Positions 61,385 to 64,000 of a DNA stretch of 64,000 bases are shown piece after piece. Each line of letters begins with the position of its first letter. Position 1 is the first letter of the stretch. Position numbers and translations under genes: made by a program. This DNA is from an uncultured Planctomycetota bacterium (GTDB taxonomy: Bacteria > Planctomycetota > Planctomycetia > Isosphaerales > Isosphaeraceae): the NCBI GenBank assembly GCA_963823665.1, contig CAWGMQ010000010.1, positions 160,001 to 224,000 of the forward strand, in the 5' to 3' direction. A model generated the notes under the pieces. The model was not told the DNA's origin, did not search any database, and saw only the letters and a list, made by a program, of their open reading frames with translations.

Positions 61385-64000
61385 ATGCAGCGTCTCGCAC
61401 TCCTCTTGGCGTGCATTTCCCTCACGGGAGCCATCGTCCGCTCCTCTGAAATCGCCGCCGAGCCCGAGCAACAAGAAGCCCGGGCAAGCCAGCCCACGAA
61501 CTGGAATCCCTACTATCCGAACCGCGATTCTCCCCGGTTGACGACACCCACCTGGGTCGGCGAGCCCGGCGTCGAAGGCGTCGTCGTGCTGGCGATCGAC
61601 GACATGCGCAACACGGCCGGCTATGAGGCATTCCTCCGCCCGATCCTGAACCGGCTCAAAGCAATCGACGGTCGCGCCGCCCTCAGCATCATGACCAACC
61701 AGATTCGACCCGACGATCCTCAGCTCCAGTCGTGGCTGCGAGAAGGTGTCTCGATCGAATGCCACACGCTCACCCACCCCTGCCCATTCTGGGCGAAGGG
61801 CGATTTCACCGCCGCGGCGCGCACTTACCACGATTGCGTCGATCTGATCAGCCAGATTCCGGGTAACAAGCCGGTGGCATTTCGGATGCCCTGCTGTGAC
61901 TCGATGAACACCGTGAGCCCACGGTTCTTCTCCGAGATCTTCGCCCGGAAGAGCAGGGGGGGCCATTCCCTCTCGATCGACTCGTCCGTGTTCACGGTTC
62001 TGACTCCCGATGATCGAGCCCTCCCGCGCGACCTCGTCTTCGACGCCGGCGGCAAGGAGCGGTTCCGCAAGTACATTCCGTTCCCGGGTTTCGTGAACAC
62101 CATCGAAAACTACCCTTATCCCTACCGGATCGGCGACTCCTGCTGGGAGTTTCCCTGCATCGTTCCCAGCGACTGGGAAGGCCAGAACCTGAACAAGCCC
62201 AGGAACCCCAGAACGCTCGACGACATCAAGGCGGCCCTCGATTGCGTCGTGCACAAACAGGGCGTTTTCAACTTCGTGTTCCACCCGCACGGCTGGATCA
62301 GCTCCGATCAGGTCGTCGAGCTGATCGACTACGCCGTGAGGGTCTACGGCACGAAGGTCAAGTTTCTCAACTTTCGCGAGGCCCTTGATCGCTTGAACAA
62401 GAATCCGCGATTGGCCGAAGCGTTTGCACCTCGTCCGCCGGCAGTCCCCGCCGGCGAGCTGCCTCCCCCCCGTTTCACTGATGAGAAAGGCCGCGACGCC
62501 GGGCTGCGACTGGTCGATATCGACGAAGACGGCTACAAGGACGTCGTCTGGTCAAACGATCAAGACTTTGGCGTCTATCTATACGATCCGGCAACGACAG
62601 GCTGGACCCGCCGGGTGATCGCGGGCCCCTCGGCCGCTCCCGGCGCGCTGCCGAAGATCGTCCGCGACGGCACAGACAACGGGTTCTTCGTCCACTCGCG
62701 GCAGCTTTGCTGGCAGAACGAGGAGACGGTCGCTCAGCCCAGCCTGGTATTAAGCCGCTCGTTCAACGATCTCTTGAAGGACATTGAGCCTCGCGGCAAG
62801 TCAATCGCGGCGTCGCTGAATTCGATCCGCGTGGCGCCCGGCTTCAAGGTCGAGCTCGTCGCATCCGAGCCGCTGGTCAAGGATCCGATCGCCTTCGACT
62901 GGGGGGCCGACGGCAAGCTCTGGGTCCTGGAGATGGGTGATTATCCCCTGGGATTGGACGGCCGGGGGAAACCGGGCGGTGTCGTCCGCTATCTCGAAGA
63001 CCAGAATGGCGACGGAATCTACGACAAACAGACGACCTTTCTCGATGGACTCGGTTTTCCCACCGCTCTCTTGCCCTGGCGGAACGGTGTGCTGGTCGGG
63101 TGTGCCCCGGACATTTTTTACGCGGAAGACAAAGACGGCGACGGCAAGGCTGACGTTCGCGAAGTGCTCTTCACCGGATTCACCGAAGGCAATCAGCAGC
63201 ATCGGTTCAACGGCTTCGAGCTTGGCCTGGATGGCTGGGTTTATGGCGCCAACGGCGACAGCGGCGGGCAGGTGCGTTCACTGAAGACCGGGAAATCGAC
63301 CTCGTTGAGCGGCCGCGATTTCCGGTTCCATCCCGATACCGGCAAGTTCGAGGCCGAGAGCGGCCAGACGCAGTACGGCAGGCACCGCGACGACTGGGGG
63401 CACTGGTTCGGCAATAACAACCCCAACTGGGCGTGGCACTTCGTCCTGGCCAACCACGACCTCGAGCGCAACACCACCTTCGCCCCGCCCGACCCTCGCC
63501 AGACGCTCGAGCCCGACACAAGGCTCTTCCCCACAAGCCGCACGCTCGCCCGGTTCAACGAGGTCGGCATGGCCGGCCGCGTCACCTCGGCCAACAGTCC
63601 AACGCCCTATCGCGACGAGCTTTTCGGGCCTTGGTTCGCCTCGAGCCTGTTTGTCAGCGAGCCCGTGCACAACCTCGTGCATCGAATCGTGCTCGAGCCG
63701 GCTGGCGGCACTTTTCGCGGCCGCCGCGGGCCGAATGAATCGGATCGCGAGTTCCTCGCCTCGAGCGACAACTGGTTCCGGCCGACGATGCTCAAGACCG
63801 GCCCCGACGGTGCGCTCTGGATCGCCGACATGTACCGCTACGTCATCGAGCATCCGGAATGGATTCCTGACGATTGGGAGCAGAAACTCGACCTGCGCGC
63901 CGGCAGCGAACAGGGCAGGATCTACCGCGTTTATCCGGTTGACGCCAAGCCACGGTCGATCCCTCGGCTGGACAGGCTCGATACAGCCGGGCTCGTGGCC
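61385..64000 (+). CDS. Partial PVC-type membrane-bound dehydrogenase-domain protein with N-terminal polysaccharide-deacetylase-like domain (runs off window end)
   Basis: AAGGAG RBS, signal peptide MQRLALLLACISLTG; LAIDDMR, ECHTLTHPCP, FRMPCCDS; later APGFKVELVASEPLVKDPIAFDWGADGKLWVLEMGDYP; frame not checked codon by codon. Confidence 0.8.
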   Translation, partial: MQRLALLLACISLTGAIVRSSEIAAEPEQQEARASQPTNWNPYYPNRDSPRLTTPTWVGEPGVEGVVVLAIDDMRNTAGYEAFLRPILNRLKAIDGRAALSIMTNQIRPDDPQLQSWLREGVSIECHTLTHPCPFWAKGDFTAAARTYHDCVDLISQIPGNKPVAFRMPCCDSMNTVSPRFFSEIFARKSRGGHSLSIDSSVFTVLTPDDRALPRDLVFDAGGKERFRKYIPFPGFVNTIENYPYPYRIGDSCWEFPCIVPSDWEGQNLNKPRNPRTLDDIKAALDCVVHKQGVFNFVFHPHGWISSDQVVELIDYAVRVYGTKVKFLNFREALDRLNKNPRLAEAFAPRPPAVPAGELPPPRFTDEKGRDAGLRLVDIDEDGYKDVVWSNDQDFGVYLYDPATTGWTRRVIAGPSAAPGALPKIVRDGTDNGFFVHSRQLCWQNEETVAQPSLVLSRSFNDLLKDIEPRGKSIAASLNSIRVAPGFKVELVASEPLVKDPIAFDWGADGKLWVLEMGDYPLGLDGRGKPGGVVRYLEDQNGDGIYDKQTTFLDGLGFPTALLPWRNGVLVGCAPDIFYAEDKDGDGKADVREVLFTGFTEGNQQHRFNGFELGLDGWVYGANGDSGGQVRSLKTGKSTSLSGRDFRFHPDTGKFEAESGQTQYGRHRDDWGHWFGNNNPNWAWHFVLANHDLERNTTFAPPDPRQTLEPDTRLFPTSRTLARFNEVGMAGRVTSANSPTPYRDELFGPWFASSLFVSEPVHNLVHRIVLEPAGGTFRGRRGPNESDREFLASSDNWFRPTMLKTGPDGALWIADMYRYVIEHPEWIPDDWEQKLDLRAGSEQGRIYRVYPVDAKPRSIPRLDRLDTAGLVA

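Overview
GC-rich bacterial DNA whose gene content points to a planctomycete (Isosphaeraceae-like; this is inference). Left to right: (1) a minus-strand type IV pilus alignment operon (pilM/N fusion and two Gly/Met-rich partners); (2) a 2.4 kb repeat-rich intergenic region; (3) a type I-G (I-U) CRISPR-Cas locus: WYL regulator, cas3 with C-terminal HD, an antisense VapBC pair, cas8u2, cas7u, csb2, cas2, cas4-cas1, leader, and an array of about 130 36-bp repeats whose last copy is cut off by (4) a REP-associated HUH/Y1 transposase (RAYT), followed by a second RAYT remnant and a Panacea/MazF-like TA pair; (5) a sigma-54 activator, two-component genes and general-stress genes (CsbD x2, DUF1328, DUF883-like, holin-like, CBS) with seven sigma-54 promoter-like motifs; (6) M28 peptidases, Maf, Uma2, a MetE fragment, a PAS kinase and a partial PVC-type dehydrogenase. 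The most unusual signal: 33-36 bp REP hairpin elements sit between 35-42 bp direct duplications of local sequence at a 71-75 bp period, like the CRISPR array itself. This occurs at four sites, including an in-frame, polarised, decaying mini-array inside cas1. Many genes carry single-base frameshifts with a shared sequence context, probably sequencing error rather than pseudogenisation. Family assignments come from motif recognition only; no searches were run.
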